Below are positions 24,861 through 38,978 of a stretch of DNA of 64,000 nt, in pieces. A program made the position numbers and the translations under genes. How positions within the stretch are numbered: position 1 is the stretch's first letter; every line of letters begins with the position of its first letter. A model generated the notes under the pieces. That model saw only the letters and a program-made list of their open reading frames with translations, made no database searches and was not told the DNA's origin. This DNA comes from Octopus vulgaris (lineage: Eukaryota), in assembly GCA_951406725.2 (NCBI GenBank), contig OX597820.1:118358001-118422000 (forward strand). Direction: 5' to 3'.

Positions 24861-25348
24861 ACGTGTTTAGTTCCAGATTAATGTTTGTTTAATCTTTTAA
24901 TTTCTTTAATCTTTTTGGCTTTCATCTCTTCGGGAATTAGAAACATTTCACAGATTCACTGCTCTAATCTCTCAAGTAATTGCAAACCATGTGTTAGTTA
25001 GTTAGCTAGTGTAATTAAGGTTCGTGATTTTTCTTTGAGTTAATTGAATTTTAATTGGTTTGTTGTTTAATTAGTACTTGTGTAATGATCTTTTTTTCGC
25101 TTTATTTAATTCTATCTTTGTAGTCATTAACACATATATTTAGTAAACAATAGTTTCTTTATGCCTTTTATTTAATTGTAGTTTATTAAGCAGAAGTCTT
25201 ATGATAATTAAAATTAAATGGACAAATAAAATATAATTAGTATTTTTTTAGTATGCTTCTGGATTGTCTGTAAAATCATCCATTTTATGTTGTTGTTGGT
25301 TTCGACATATACACGAGTTACTTGTTATGGATTTTCTTCGATCACAAG

Positions 25349-25602
25349 TGGAGGTACCTGGCTAAATGGTTAGGGATGCTGCGCTCTTGATCGTAAGATT
25401 GTGGTTTCGATTGCTGGACCGGGCGACGCGTTGTAATCTTGAGAAAAAACACATTTTATTTCACGTCGATCCAGTCCACTCACCTGGCTAAGATGTGTAA
25501 TTCCTGACGTCAGACCGGTGTTCCGTCCAAGTGGGTAATATATATATACCACGGAGACCGGGAAACCGGCCCTCATGAGTCGGCATGACACGAGAACGAA
25601 CT
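25349..25602 (+). mobile_element. Family C-related SINE with tail type 3, followed by (CTA)n
   Basis: Head tggaggtacctggctaaatggttaggg..gtttcgattgc; tail gaccgggaaaccggccctcatgagtcggc is shared with 39893-40203. Confidence 0.65.
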
Positions 25603-25678
<76 letters not shown>

Positions 25679-25892
25679 AAGTATATTAGTGAGCTGTTAT
25701 GCCTTTGTAATTCGAGGGTGGGAGTGTGCTAAAAAATCTTCTGGTGGGACTTCGATGTATTTGTTGTTAAATTCAAATAGAAATCGGCGTCACACATAAT
25801 TCAGATACGTTGTGAAAAGCAAATCAACAGCTTTATTCGGCCAAAGATAGTATCTCTTATGAACGTACTATGTTTAAAAACACAAAGATATA

Positions 25893-26298
25893 GGCGCAGG
25901 AGTGGCTGTGTAGTAAGTAGCTTGCTAACCAACCACATGGTTCCGGGTTCAGTCCCACTACGTGGCATCTTGGGCAAGTGTCTTCTGCTATAGCCCCGGG
26001 CCGACCAATGCCTTGTGAGTGGATTTGGTAGAGGGAAACTGAAAGAAGCCTGTCGTATATATGTATATATATATAAGTGTGTGTGTCTGTGTTTGTCCCC
26101 CTAGCATTGCTTGACAATGGATGCTGGTGTGTGTTTACGTCCCCGTCACTTAGCGGTTCGGCAAAAGAGACCGATAGAATAAGTACTGGGCTTGCAAAAG
26201 AATAAGTCCCGGGGTCGATTTGCTCGACTAAAAAGGCGGTGCTCCAGCATGGCCGCAGTCAAATGACTGAAACAAGTAAAAGAGTAAAGAGTAAAGAG
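25893..26298 (+). mobile_element. SINE family B with 64-bp flanking direct repeat
   Basis: Full-length; 25829-25892 is repeated at 26299-26362 with 2 mismatches. Confidence 0.92.
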
Positions 26299-26649
26299 AG
26301 CTTTATTCGTCCAAAGATAGTATCTCTTATGGACGTACTATGTTTAAAAACACAAAGATATATCAGCAACAGAAGAAAATCGTCCAGCAGCTGCAGTGGG
26401 TTTGATAGATGTACATATATCTTCCTCGTTGGGCTTTGTCAATTGCACTGCAATCATCATGACACAGAGATACAGATAAATATCTTGGAACATTAGACAT
26501 GAACATATATTCAGTAGAATATGAAGGGAATGAGAGGAATGCCTCATACATTTAATATACAATCTCGCTGGCAAAAAATGTGATAAATATGCAAATTGGT
26601 CTAGTTTGATTTGAACTCTTTAGAATTGACGACAAACATACGATATATA

Positions 26650-27053
26650 TATTTCTTTATTGCCCACAAGGGGCTAAACACAGAGGGGACAAACAAGGAC
26701 AGACATAGGTATTAAGTCGATTACATCGACCCCAGTGCATAACTGGTACTTATTTAATCGACCCCGAAGGGATGAAAGGCAAAGTCGACCTCGGCGCAAT
26801 TTGAACTCAGAAATACCTTATTTCTTTACTATCCACAAGGGGGCTAAACACAGAGAGGACAAACAAGGACAGACAAACGGATTAAGTCGATTATATCGAC
26901 CCCAGTGCGTAACTGGTACTTTATTTAATCGACCCCGGAAGGATGAAAGGCAAAGTCGACCTCGGCGGAATTTGAACTCAGAATATAACGACAAACGAAA
27001 TACCGCTAAGCATTTCGCCTGGCGTGCTAACGTTTCTGCCAGCTCGCCGCCTT
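26650..27053 (-). mobile_element. SINE family A dimer
   Basis: One head followed by two core+tail units; the second unit has a short deletion before the B box. Confidence 0.88.
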
Positions 27054-27059
27054 TTGACC

Positions 27060-27400
27060 TCATACATATATTAAAACCTTTGTTTTGAATTTCAGTCTGG
27101 TCAGATTAAAAACATTCCCTGTTGTTCGATTTTTTATGAAAATACCCGCCTCAGAGTTTTGTAAAGCGTGTGACAGCATAACAGCAAAGTATATTGCAAA
27201 GAGGGTGGGTGTATCAAGGTCTCCTTGCTTTACTCCATTTTCCAAGGCAAAATATTCAGAGAGCCTCCCACCAAAGTTAACTCTAGTTTTCATTTCTTGA
27301 GGCAAAGCCCTCATCTTGTTTACGAATGTTTCTAGGCAACCTATTTTCCTTAGAATTAACCACAGAGTATTTCGATTAACAGTATCGAATGATTTGCTCA
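27060..27400 (-). mobile_element. RTE (BovB-like) reverse transcriptase internal fragment
   Basis: SKSFDTVNRNTLWLILRKIGC...NGVKQGDLDTPTLFAIYF...RTTGNVFNLTRLK. Confidence 0.85.
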
Positions 27401-27814
27401 AAAAACAATGCAATGAGATAGAGCAAAATTCTGTTCAATGCATCATCTTCATCATCATTCATCATCATCATCATCATCTTCATCTTCATCAATAACATCA
27501 ACAAATAAAGCGATGACATAGAAACTGTCAACAGCAACAGAAAATGCAAGAAACAGCAACCAAAATAGAGCGAAATCATAAATTTTTGTCTTTAAAGTTA
27601 CGATAGTCTATGGCTTAACCCGTAAGTATTTCAGCGGGTCATACCCAAGCCAAACATTCTACCGTTATGTGTTCAAACCAGCCAGATCTGGCCTTTCACA
27701 CCTACTCTACAATGTCATTCTAAAAATAAACAATTGAATCCTTAAAATGTAGTTACTTGATAAGGCATGATTAATTCAAAACAAGGTGATTAAGTATTTC
27801 ATTTGACAGAGTGT

Positions 27815-28163
27815 CACTCTGTCGGTTGAGACGGCGAGGGTTCCAGTTGATCCGATCAACGGAACAGGCTGCTCGTGAAATTAATGTGCAAGTAGCTGAG
27901 CAATCCACAGACGCGTGTACACTCGGGGAGACTCAGTGTGACAAGGCTGGCCCTTTGAAATACATATACAGCAGAAACAGTAAGGAGTAAGAGAAAAGTT
28001 GTAGTGAAAGAGTAGAGCAGGGTTCGCCACCCCCTGCCGGAGCCCTGTGGAGCTTCAGCTGTTTTCCCTAAATAAACACTCACAGCACTTGGCCTGGGAA
28101 TCGAAACTACGATCTTGCTATCACGTGTCCGTTGCCTTAACCACTGAGCCACTGCACCTCCAC
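27815..28163 (-). mobile_element. SINE family C (tRNA-like head; probably related to octopus OR-type SINEs)
   Basis: Diverged match to 31579-31966. Confidence 0.82.
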
Positions 28164-28264
28164 ATACATATATAATTATCATTAATATATATATAATATA
28201 TATACATATATATAATTATTATTAATAATTGTGGCCACTACTATATATATATATATATACATCG

Positions 28265-28551
28265 CACAGACACGCGTAACCTTAACCTAATTCTCGGGGA
28301 GATTCAGCGTGACACAGAGTGTGATAAGGCCGGCCCCTTTGAAATACAGGTACAACAGAAACAGGAAGAAAGAGTGAGAGAAAGTTGTGGTGAAAGAGTA
28401 GAGCAGGGATCGCCACCCCACTGACGGAGCACCGTGGAGCTTTAGGTGTTTTCCGTCAATAAACACTTACAACGCCTGGTCTGGGAAACGAAACCGCGAT
28501 CCTACGACCGCGAGTCCGCTGCCGCAATTACTGAGCCATTGCGCCTCTACT
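28265..28551 (-). mobile_element. SINE family C, 5' two-thirds
   Basis: Matches 31680-31966. Confidence 0.82.
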
Positions 28552-28619
28552 GACAGAGTAATCTGAATGCTAAAAGATTAAATATCGAACCAATAAGAAA
28601 TAGTCACAGACGATAAAGA

Positions 28620-29044
28620 GGATCTTTTCGGTTTGAACGGCAGTTTTTTCTAGCGGTGTCATATGAAATTGTCACCCATAATTATGACCCTAGTATCGAT
28701 CTATTGCATTTCAATCTGTTTTAGGGTTAGGGTTAGGGTTAGGGGGTGTGGGGAAGGGTATCTTTTTTTCTTCACAAATGTAAATAAACCCGATCTGTTT
28801 CTTAAACGAGGGACATATTCATACGGCACAGAATGTTTTTTTTACCTCAATGGACGTCAGTGATTTGTTGAAATTGCAGAAATTGAAGAAAAAAACAACA
28901 AATATCTTATAAACTATAGAATTTTCTCAATAAAGCCAAGAGAAAAAGATGTTTTATAAAAACATTCTACCAGTATACGAAGTTTAAATTTTTTTAATTA
29001 CCTAGAAATTATGCTAAAAACTGCCGTTCAAAGCGAAAAGATCC
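28620..29044. mobile_element. MITE with ~29-bp TIRs, 8-bp TSD and internal (TTAGGG)4
   Basis: ggatcttttcggtttgaacggcagttttt / aaaaactgccgttcaaagcgaaaagatcc; flanks gataaaga / gataaagg. Confidence 0.85.
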
Positions 29045-29399
29045 GATAAAGGAAAAAAAGAAAAAGAAGGAAACAAGTAACAAAAAAAAAAGCAACTAAA
29101 CGGAAGAATCACGGAGTTCATTGCATGGATACTTTTGATCTGAGATCGGCTCAGTCAAGTCAGGCCTGAAGGGGAACAACAACGAAAAGGACGACAGTTC
29201 CCCCCCGCCATCCACCACTGCCACGTGATTAAGTAAAAGACACGAGAAACCCCCACCAACAACTTTGTAGTATAAAATAACAAGAGAGATAACGTTACTG
29301 TCGTACAAATCCCCTCGAGGGACCATGGACTAATAAATGAGTTAGACGACACCATTCTGTCAGTCGTTCGATATTCACTTCTTGTGTGTTTTCGATTTC

Positions 29400-30170
<771 letters not shown>

Positions 30171-30844
30171 TAGTCCGTTGTCCATCCCTCACACCATTCC
30201 TTCAGCCATTCCTCCATCCTTCCCTTCCCCTCCGGCCCTCTCGCTCTAAATGTTAATCCCTCTAACTACCTGTGTATATATGTAGCTTCTTTCAATTTAG
30301 CTATTTATATATGGCATCCGACTTTTTCCATTTACGTACCTGTATTTCCCACTCTCTCCCTGATATCTCTCTATCCATGCATCCATCCATCTATCTTTCT
30401 CTGTGTCTCTTTCTGTCTCTATCCATTTTCGATTCCTTTTTCTTGTTTTTCTCTTTCTTTGTTCTGTTAATTCTCTTTACTTGATTGTACATCACTTGAA
30501 GAAACAGTGTAATTGTATTTTCTTGGCAAACGGCAAGACGTTTGGTAGACAGAACACCGAATCTCCCTCGTCCTCACACCGCCAACCTAAAGAGACCAAT
30601 CATAAAGCTGATGCAAGAATCGCCAGCTAAATATGCTTGATTGTATTAGCTGCTGTCTGTATGTAGAAAGCAGAGACCGTCCGACCTTTTTGGAACCTAT
30701 CTTGGGGAATTATTCCAATTCCATTTATTCTTAGCCATACACGAAGACCCTAGACATAGACATACACATGGAATTGGAATAATTGCATTATGTATCACTC
30801 ACTCTATCATCCTCTCTGTCTGTCTGTCTCTTTCCCTCTGTTTC

Positions 30845-30884
30845 TGTGTGTGTGTGTATATATATATATATGTATATATATATG

Positions 30885-30954
<70 letters not shown>

Positions 30955-31067
30955 TATATACATATATATACATATATGTATATGTATATATATACATACA
31001 TATATATATATATATATATACATACATATATATATATGTATGTATATATACATATATACATATATAC

Positions 31068-31102
<35 letters not shown>

Positions 31103-31320
31103 CATATATAGATATATATATTTTTATTTATACATATGAATACATAAATATGTATGTATATATATGTATATATATATGTATATATATATGCATATATACA
31201 TATATGCATATATGTATAAATGTACATATGTACGAATGTATACACCTATATGTATACATCCACCCACCCATACATACATACGCATGTATGTATATCTATG
31301 TGTCTATCTATCTATCACAA
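30845..31320. repeat. Degenerate (TA)n microsatellite
   Basis: Directly visible. Confidence 0.95.
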
Positions 31321-31578
31321 GTAAAGTAGCTAGTTAGAAAACGTCTATAAGAGATGGAAGTAGTAACTCTACTCAGAATCAATGTTGATCGCAACATCAC
31401 TATGGCCATTCTGTTGGAATCGAGGTTACGACCGTTTTCAACCCCGGGAGGAGCCTCGTCCAGATTCTTATCCATGCAATCTTCACCCGATATATATTGC
31501 AAGTAGGGGAGCGAACCACTACCATCTGCTAGCAGACGACGTGACCACCAGATCGTACGGTTTCGGCTATTTGTGTCT

Positions 31579-31966
31579 GGATGGAAGCACTCCGTCGGTT
31601 ACGACGATGAGGGTTCCGGTTGATCCGAATCAACGGAACAGCCTGCTCGTGAAATTAACGTGTAAGTGGCTGAGCACTCCACAGACACGTGCACCCTTAA
31701 CGTAGTTCTCGGGGATATTCAGCGTGACACAGAGAGTGACAAGGCCGGCCCCTTGAAATACAGGTACAACAGAAACAGGAAGTAAGAGTGAGAGAAAGTT
31801 GTGGTGAAAGAGTACAGCAGGGATCACCACCACCCCCTGCCGGAGCGTCGTGGAGCTTTAGGTGTTTTCGCTCAATAAACACTCACAACGCCCGGTCTGG
31901 GAATCGAAACCGCAATCCTATGACCGCGAGTCCGCTGCCCTAACCACTGGGCCATTGCGCCTCCAC
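31579..31966 (-). mobile_element. SINE family C full length, 11-bp TSD
   Basis: A box tggcccagtggttagg, B box gtttcgattcc; TSD tatttgtgtct at 31568 and 31968. Confidence 0.92.
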
Positions 31967-32171
31967 TTATTTGTGTCTATCCTCAGTGGCGAACACCCGT
32001 CAGCTAGAGATAGTAGTAATTAGTCCCAGCTCGAAATATATCGAAAACTAAGCGACAATCATCTGCTGGAAGATGGTAGGGGTTCGCTATAGATATGGTG
32101 GTGCCCCAGCATGGCCGCAGCTTGTGAGCTGAAACTAGATAAAATAAAAAAATAAAATAAAAAAAGTAAAT

Positions 32172-33385
32172 ATACTAGATCATCCCATATATAATGCAGT
32201 GTTTTCAATTGCATGAACTAAAAATGGGAGGGGGACGGGATAAACTACCTGCATCAACTTGCTATAAAAGCAGGTAGCAATTTTACCTTGTACTTATCCT
32301 TAGTGTAAGTTTTGAAGAGTGCAGCTTGGTTTTAACAGTTATTTTTTCAAAGCTATAATGGATGTGACAAAGGAGCATATTCGGCATATTTTGCTTTATG
32401 AGTTCAATAAAGGCAACAATGCAATGGAAAGTGCGAGGAATATTAATGCAGTATATAGGGATCAGACAATAAGTGTAAGCCAGTATTGACGGTAGTTCCA
32501 GAAATCCCGAACCGGAATCTACAGCCGAGAAGACGAACCTCGTGCTGGAAGATCTATAGAGCTTGACGAGGACGTTCTACAAACCTTGGTGGAACAAAAT
32601 CCCATCGTAAATGTTGAGGAGCTAGCAGAATCCTTGGATTTGGTTATTCAACCATTCCTCGACACCTACGTGCCATCGGAAAAGTCAGAAGATTCGGTCA
32701 ATGGGTTCCTCACAAACTTCCCGAGTCTAATTGTGCGCAGAGAGTGAATGTGTGCTCTTCTTTGCTGTCACGTCTCACGAATGAGCCTTTTTTGGACCTA
32801 ATATTGACTGGTGACGAGAAATGGGTTCTCTATAAAATTTTCCAGTGCCGAAGACAGTGGGTAGGGAAAGGAGAAACACCGGTACCCCAGGCTAAAGTAC
32901 GTCTTCACTCACGTAAGGTGTTGTTATCTGTTTGGTGGGATATGAAAATTTAGTCCACTTTGAACTTTTAAAACTCAAGCTAAATGATAACAGAGGAAAT
33001 CTACTGCGAACAGTTTGGGTGGCTTAAGTGAACGCTAGAAGAAAAATGACCATCTTTGCTTTCAAGACGAAAGGTGTTCTTTCATCAGGATAATGCTTGG
33101 TCACATACAACGAGGATGAAATTCCAAAGTAGTTTGAATGGGAAACGATGCCCACCAACCATATTCGCTGGACATTGCCCCATCTGATTATCATTTACTC
33201 TGCAGTCTTCAAAATCATTTGGAAGGAAAAAATATGAATTGTGTAGATGAGGTCAGAACAGTACTTGAGGAGTAGTTTTCATCACGGACAAGTGAATTTT
33301 GTAAGTGTACTAGATCGATTGAAGAGCATTGTAAAAGATGAAGGAGAGTATATTTTAGATTAAAAAAGAACTTTGTTTTTTTTAT
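32172..33385 (+). mobile_element. Near full-length decayed mariner transposon (transposase pseudogene 32358-33362)
   Basis: MDVTKEHIRHILLYEFNKG...WVPHKL...LTGDEKWVLY...KVLLSVWWD...HQDNA...PYSLDIAPSDYHL with multiple stops and frameshifts. Confidence 0.93.
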
Positions 33386-33592
33386 CTTGTATATATATAT
33401 ATATTTTTTTTCAATGTGTACAAATGACACGGAAAAAATAAATAGTTACCAGGGTAGCAAAAATTCACATAAGTGCGAAGGATGTTACATCCTAGTTATA
33501 AAAGTAAAAGTTCTGGAGTTTAGTGTAACGTTTTTGTATAACAGAAACATTAAGAAATGGAGTTTTAACTCAGATGTTATTCAAATCTTTAT

Positions 33593-33980
33593 GGATGGAA
33601 GCACTCCGTCGGTTACGACGATGAGGGCTCCGGTTGATCCGAATCAACGGAACAGCCTGCTCGTGAAATTAACGTGTAAGTGGCTGAGCACTCCACAGAC
33701 ACGTGTACCCTTAATGTAGTTCTCGGGGATATTCAGCGTGACACAGAGGGTGACAAGGCCGGCCCTTTGAAGTACAGGTACAACAGAAACAGGAAGTATG
33801 AGTGAGAGAAAGTTGTGGTGAAAGAGTACAGCAGGGATCACCACCATCCCCTGCCGGAGCCTCGTGGAGCTTTAGGTGTTTTCGCTCAATAAACACTCAC
33901 AACGCCCGGTCTGGGAATCGAAACTGCGATCCTATGACCGCGAGTCCGCTGCCCTAACCACTGGGCCATTGCGCCTCCAC
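33593..33980 (-). mobile_element. SINE family C full length
   Basis: Nearly identical to 31579-31966; TSD caaatct(t/g)tat. Confidence 0.92.
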
Positions 33981-34199
33981 ACCAAATCTGTATACTTCCG
34001 ACATGTTTCTAAGAAAACATTGGTATTATTCCCGAAGGAATATCTTTAACGATAAAGCCGAATTTTATAACTGACTTACTTAAAGCAGGCTATAGACAAA
34101 ATTCAACATATATCAAACCCTATTGGCATTAATTCTACCTCTATTAATCAGGACATGGAAACACGTTGTAATGGTAATAACAATATAAACGTTAGCGTA

Positions 34200-34546
34200 A
34201 GGGAGATAACCGTTCTTTAAGACCTTTTTAGTTATGAAGGTAAAGCTTGGATTTTTAAAGATAATTACCCTAATAATAAGGTATATCTTAGTAAAAGTTT
34301 TGGTCGATAATTCCATATGGTAAGCAGGCCAAATTCAACCTCCCTTACCAGTTTCGCGAAGCTATAGATAGGAATTTTCCTATAGGCGTAGGAGTGGCTG
34401 TGTGGTATGTAGCCTGTTTACCAACCACATGGTTCCGTGTTCAGTCCCACTGCGTGCCACCTTGGGCAAGTGTCTTCTACTCTAGCCTCGGGCCGACCAA
34501 AGCCTTGTGAGTGGATTTGGTAGACGGGAACTGAAAGAAGCCCGTC

Positions 34547-34598
<52 letters not shown>

Positions 34599-35000
34599 TT
34601 ATATATATATATATATATGTGTGTGTTTGTGTGTCCGTGTTTGTCCCCCTAGCATTGCTTGACAACCGATGCTGGTGTGTTTATGTCCCCGTTACTTAGC
34701 AATAGAGTCCGATAGAATAAGTACTAGGCTTACAAAGAATAAGTCCTGGGGTGGATTTGCTCGACTAAAGGCGGTGCTCCAGCATGGCCACAGTCACATG
34801 ACTGAAACAAGTAAAAAGTAAAAATACCATTCCATTATCAATTCACACCGAATTAGAATAGGGTTTTCAAGCACCAAAACCCTTCCACAAATCATCTCTT
34901 CGCATAACAATAAATTGTTAAATACAAATCCACTAAATGAAAATAATAACATTGATATTATTAGCATTAACCATTCACTGAACAATAATAACAACAATAT
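34200..35000 (+). mobile_element. Penelope-like element fragment (post-RT linker), split by SINE B
   Basis: IPYGKQAKFNLPYQFREAIDRNFP|..KYHSIINSHRIRIGFSSTKTLPQIISSHNNKLL resembles the PLE motif PPF..N+...F...IDK.FP..H.I.N...+K+S+S...II..HN.KLL. Confidence 0.6.
34381..34826 (+). mobile_element. SINE family B
   Basis: Full-length match. Confidence 0.92.
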
Positions 35001-36481
35001 TAGTATTTCTGATATAATTTCGAATCGCATTCGTTTCCTTTGCAGTAATTCTAAGACTAGAACCTCTATTTATGAACCCCACTGTCTTTCTTTTAATCAC
35101 TTTAACGTCCTCAGAAAACGGCCCTCATCTACATTATTTAATTATTCTCTCGTGAAATGTTGCTCTTCATATCTTTGTAGTTGTTTAGAGTCACTTTAGC
35201 CCTGACCAAAGCGGCCCAAGATCAAAGACATTTCATCAGTGTTCATCTCATCCTTAGAGTCACCTGCAGGAATACACGAACCCAATGTTTTGTTTCAAGT
35301 TTAAGACAATAGGGTGTCATTTGAGGGAAATTTAGTTGCTATTTTAACGCAGTTCAGGCATCCGTTTTGAGGCTTCTTCATTGTTTCGGCCATATATATA
35401 TCTGTTCTTGTTGCTGGTCAGACCTCGTAAACCAACTACAATAATAAAAGCAGACCTAATATGATCGGGCAGACCTATAATTTTTCACTTTTCTTTGCGT
35501 TTATCAAAGGAGACAGTGACTAGAATCTCATCATTTATCTGTGAGACTGCGTACTTTAAAAATAGTTTAGAGACGTTAGGTTTCTAACCATTGCTAAATG
35601 CCTTGTCTTTGACAATTTAATTATATCAATTTAAAAACTAAGCTTCCACCTTTTTAGTTTCTAGCTAGAATTTCATTTACGACTGTACCGTCTTTGTTGC
35701 AATTATTTTCTTTTAAAACTTTGAATATTTTTTCGATATTTATGATTTGTGTACATTTTATATTAAAAACAAAATTCCTAGATGGTTCTTAAGAATCATA
35801 TTTAAAGTTCACGTATCTTCTCTTTAACATCATCAGAAATGGCATTTTGAAATATTTCGTTCATAGATGTTTGTTTTACTTAATGTCTTACTTCAAATAT
35901 AGTTTTAATTACGTACCCCACCCTTTCTCTTGTTCTACTGATCAACAACCACATTGATCTTTTCATATTGATCTTTTAATTAATATATCAAATGATATAT
36001 TATCATCATTTGAGACGATTGACAACACTTGTAATATCTTTCTTATTCTTTATTGCTTAGCCATTGCTATATTAATTGCTCTTCACTCATGACATTGTGG
36101 ATGAAAAATAACGGACGTTATTCTCAGGAAAACAGTAAAAGCTAATTCAGAGAATGTCTGGTGAAGTATCTTCTTAGTTTGATGCTAAAATGTTAGATTT
36201 TATTCTCTTTATGAATGTTTCATATCTTTAGATAGATAAATATGAAATATTGTGCGACAAATTCCATTCCATGCTTTGTTGTATATATTTTTACAAGTTT
36301 ATGAATCCAAACAAGTTATTTGTAATTACAGTCGTATTCTTTTCTCTTCTGAAATCATTTCTAACATTTCATAACATTAAATATATTACTTATAATCTTC
36401 CCGGGCCTTTCAGATTTTGTTTTTCACTTTCCATATTTGGCAAATTTGTCGTGTATTTTGTCGTTTGATGGTGGATATTAA

Positions 36482-36985
36482 TGCCCTGATGTAATACCAG
36501 GCAGTGGTTTTCATATCCTCTGATCTTACCTGATTGGAAGTGTTATCATGTACATTGGTTTGTCTTGGTGTAAACAAGACGGGCTACAGCAAATATTCTG
36601 TCAATAACACAGATTTGCTCGTCGGTTGTTTGAGAATGTCCCTTGGTGCTGACGATACGTGCATCTGTGATCACGAGCAGGAGTAGTGGGGAAGCATCAT
36701 AACCTTGTGTTGAAAAGAATTCTTTGGAGTTTGAATAATTCACCTCTGGAAGCATGAGGAACTTTTGAGCAGGATGGGCTACTAGACCTGAAGAAATTTC
36801 TAATTGGTCCCCGTATGCAAGGTCATGCGCTGTTTATCTTGTTATGAAATCACTATGTCGCGCACATATGGTTGTGATGCATGTGCCTGGTGTACCCTTA
36901 TCAGACAGGTAGTCATGATGGGTATACTGGGCTTCGTATATTTCACTCCAGTGTCACTTTGATGGCATGCACTGCTCTCTCACTC
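36482..36985 (+). mobile_element. Putative non-coding retroposon ending in (AAT)n
   Basis: GC-richer ~500-bp block in AT-rich DNA; starts after ttaat and ends ctctctcactc directly into (AAT)n; two 3' hairpins; single copy in this window. Confidence 0.45.
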
Positions 36986-37004
36986 AATAATAATGATAAT
37001 AATA

Positions 37005-37089
<85 letters not shown>

Positions 37090-37215
37090 TAACAATAACA
37101 ATAACAATAACAACAACAACACCACCACCACCAACAACAACAACAACAACAACAAAAACAACAATAACAATAATAATAATAATAATGATAATAATAATAA
37201 TAATAATAACGACAA
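36986..37215. repeat. (AAT)n/(AAC)n microsatellite
   Basis: Directly visible. Confidence 0.96.
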
Positions 37216-37844
37216 AATTATAATTATAATTTCTTCGTTAGGCTAGGAATTTGCTGGCAGATTTTGTTAATATTCGTCTACATAATCTTAGACTATGGTT
37301 GAGAAAAAGTAAGAATTGTTGCGAGGGAAAAAATATTTTCCTCTTCGTGTCTTGTCAAATAAAAGAAACAATCTCCAGTTACAGATATTTTTTCCCCTTA
37401 AATTCTTTCGATGTTGCTTGTTGATTGTTACAAAGTCGAAACGTCTTGAAACACTCAATGAGAATAATGTCCATGCTTTACTTGGACTAATTATTACAAG
37501 TATTGAGCTATCGATAACTGAGTTGTCAGTGATTATTATAACGTTAGTCATTTTCCTTTAGGCTTCGAACTGAAGTCTTTTCCCTTGTTTTTTTCTGTTT
37601 GTTATTGTTTTTGTATTATATTAAATGTCTCACATCGGGAGACTCAAATGCACTGCGTCACCTGACGCTGTGTCTGTGTTTATCACTTCGAATAAGCAGA
37701 AATGATGGCGATTAGAGTGATTATGACGAGGAAAATATTATTTTCCTTCTTACAAACCGTTATTATTAAAAATAAGAAAAAAAACACATTATTCTTTAAG
37801 TACCATCGTCCTCGCCGTTGTAGTCGTGGTGATGGTCGTCGTCG

Positions 37845-38041
37845 TCACCACCACCACCACCACCACCACCACCACCACCACCACCACCACCACCACCACC
37901 ACCACCACCACCACAACCACCACCACCACCACCACCACCACAACCACCAACACCACAACCACCACCACCACCACCACAACCACCACCACCACCACCACAA
38001 CCACCACCACCACCACCACCACCACCACCACTACCACCACC

Positions 38042-38090
<49 letters not shown>

Positions 38091-38113
38091 CCACCACCAC
38101 CACCACCACCGCC

Positions 38114-38172
<59 letters not shown>

Positions 38173-38200
38173 CATCATCATCATTATCATCATCGTCATC

Positions 38201-38255
<55 letters not shown>

Positions 38256-38314
38256 CCACCACCACAACCACCACCACCACCACCACCACAACCACTACCA
38301 CCACCACCACCACC

Positions 38315-38363
<49 letters not shown>

Positions 38364-38370
38364 CCACCAC

Positions 38371-38405
<35 letters not shown>

Positions 38406-38416
38406 CCACCACCACA

Positions 38417-38468
<52 letters not shown>

Positions 38469-38472
38469 CCAC

Positions 38473-38534
<62 letters not shown>

Positions 38535-38545
38535 TCATCATCGTT
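37845..38545. repeat. (CAC)n/(CAT)n microsatellite of about 700 bp
   Basis: Directly visible. Confidence 0.97.
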
Positions 38546-38694
38546 GTTAAAATCGCGCAGAAGCGACGGGAAATTGTATTGATACTACTATTACAAACAA
38601 TTTCATCACCCTCCTACTCATTCATCTCCTCCTCCTCCCTCTCCTCTCATCTCTCCGCATCATCCCCCTCCTTCTCTCCTCCCCTCCTCCTCCT

Positions 38695-38860
<166 letters not shown>

Positions 38861-38932
38861 AGTAGCGGAACAAAGATGATGTAATCTAAACTGATGACTA
38901 GAACACTTACAGGGGCTATAGTAAAGCAATGC

Positions 38933-38978
<46 letters not shown>

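Larger units (their letters stand above)
27616..28582. mobile_element. Old TTAA-flanked MITE (piggyBac-like) split by family C SINEs
   Basis: Ends ttaacccgtaagtatt / aatgctaaaagattaa; inserted block is flanked by tgacagagt at 27804 and 28552. Confidence 0.5.

Noticed and set aside
28721-28746. Telomere or chromosome fusion scar
   Set aside because: Only four TTAGGG units, lying inside a TIR/TSD-bounded MITE.
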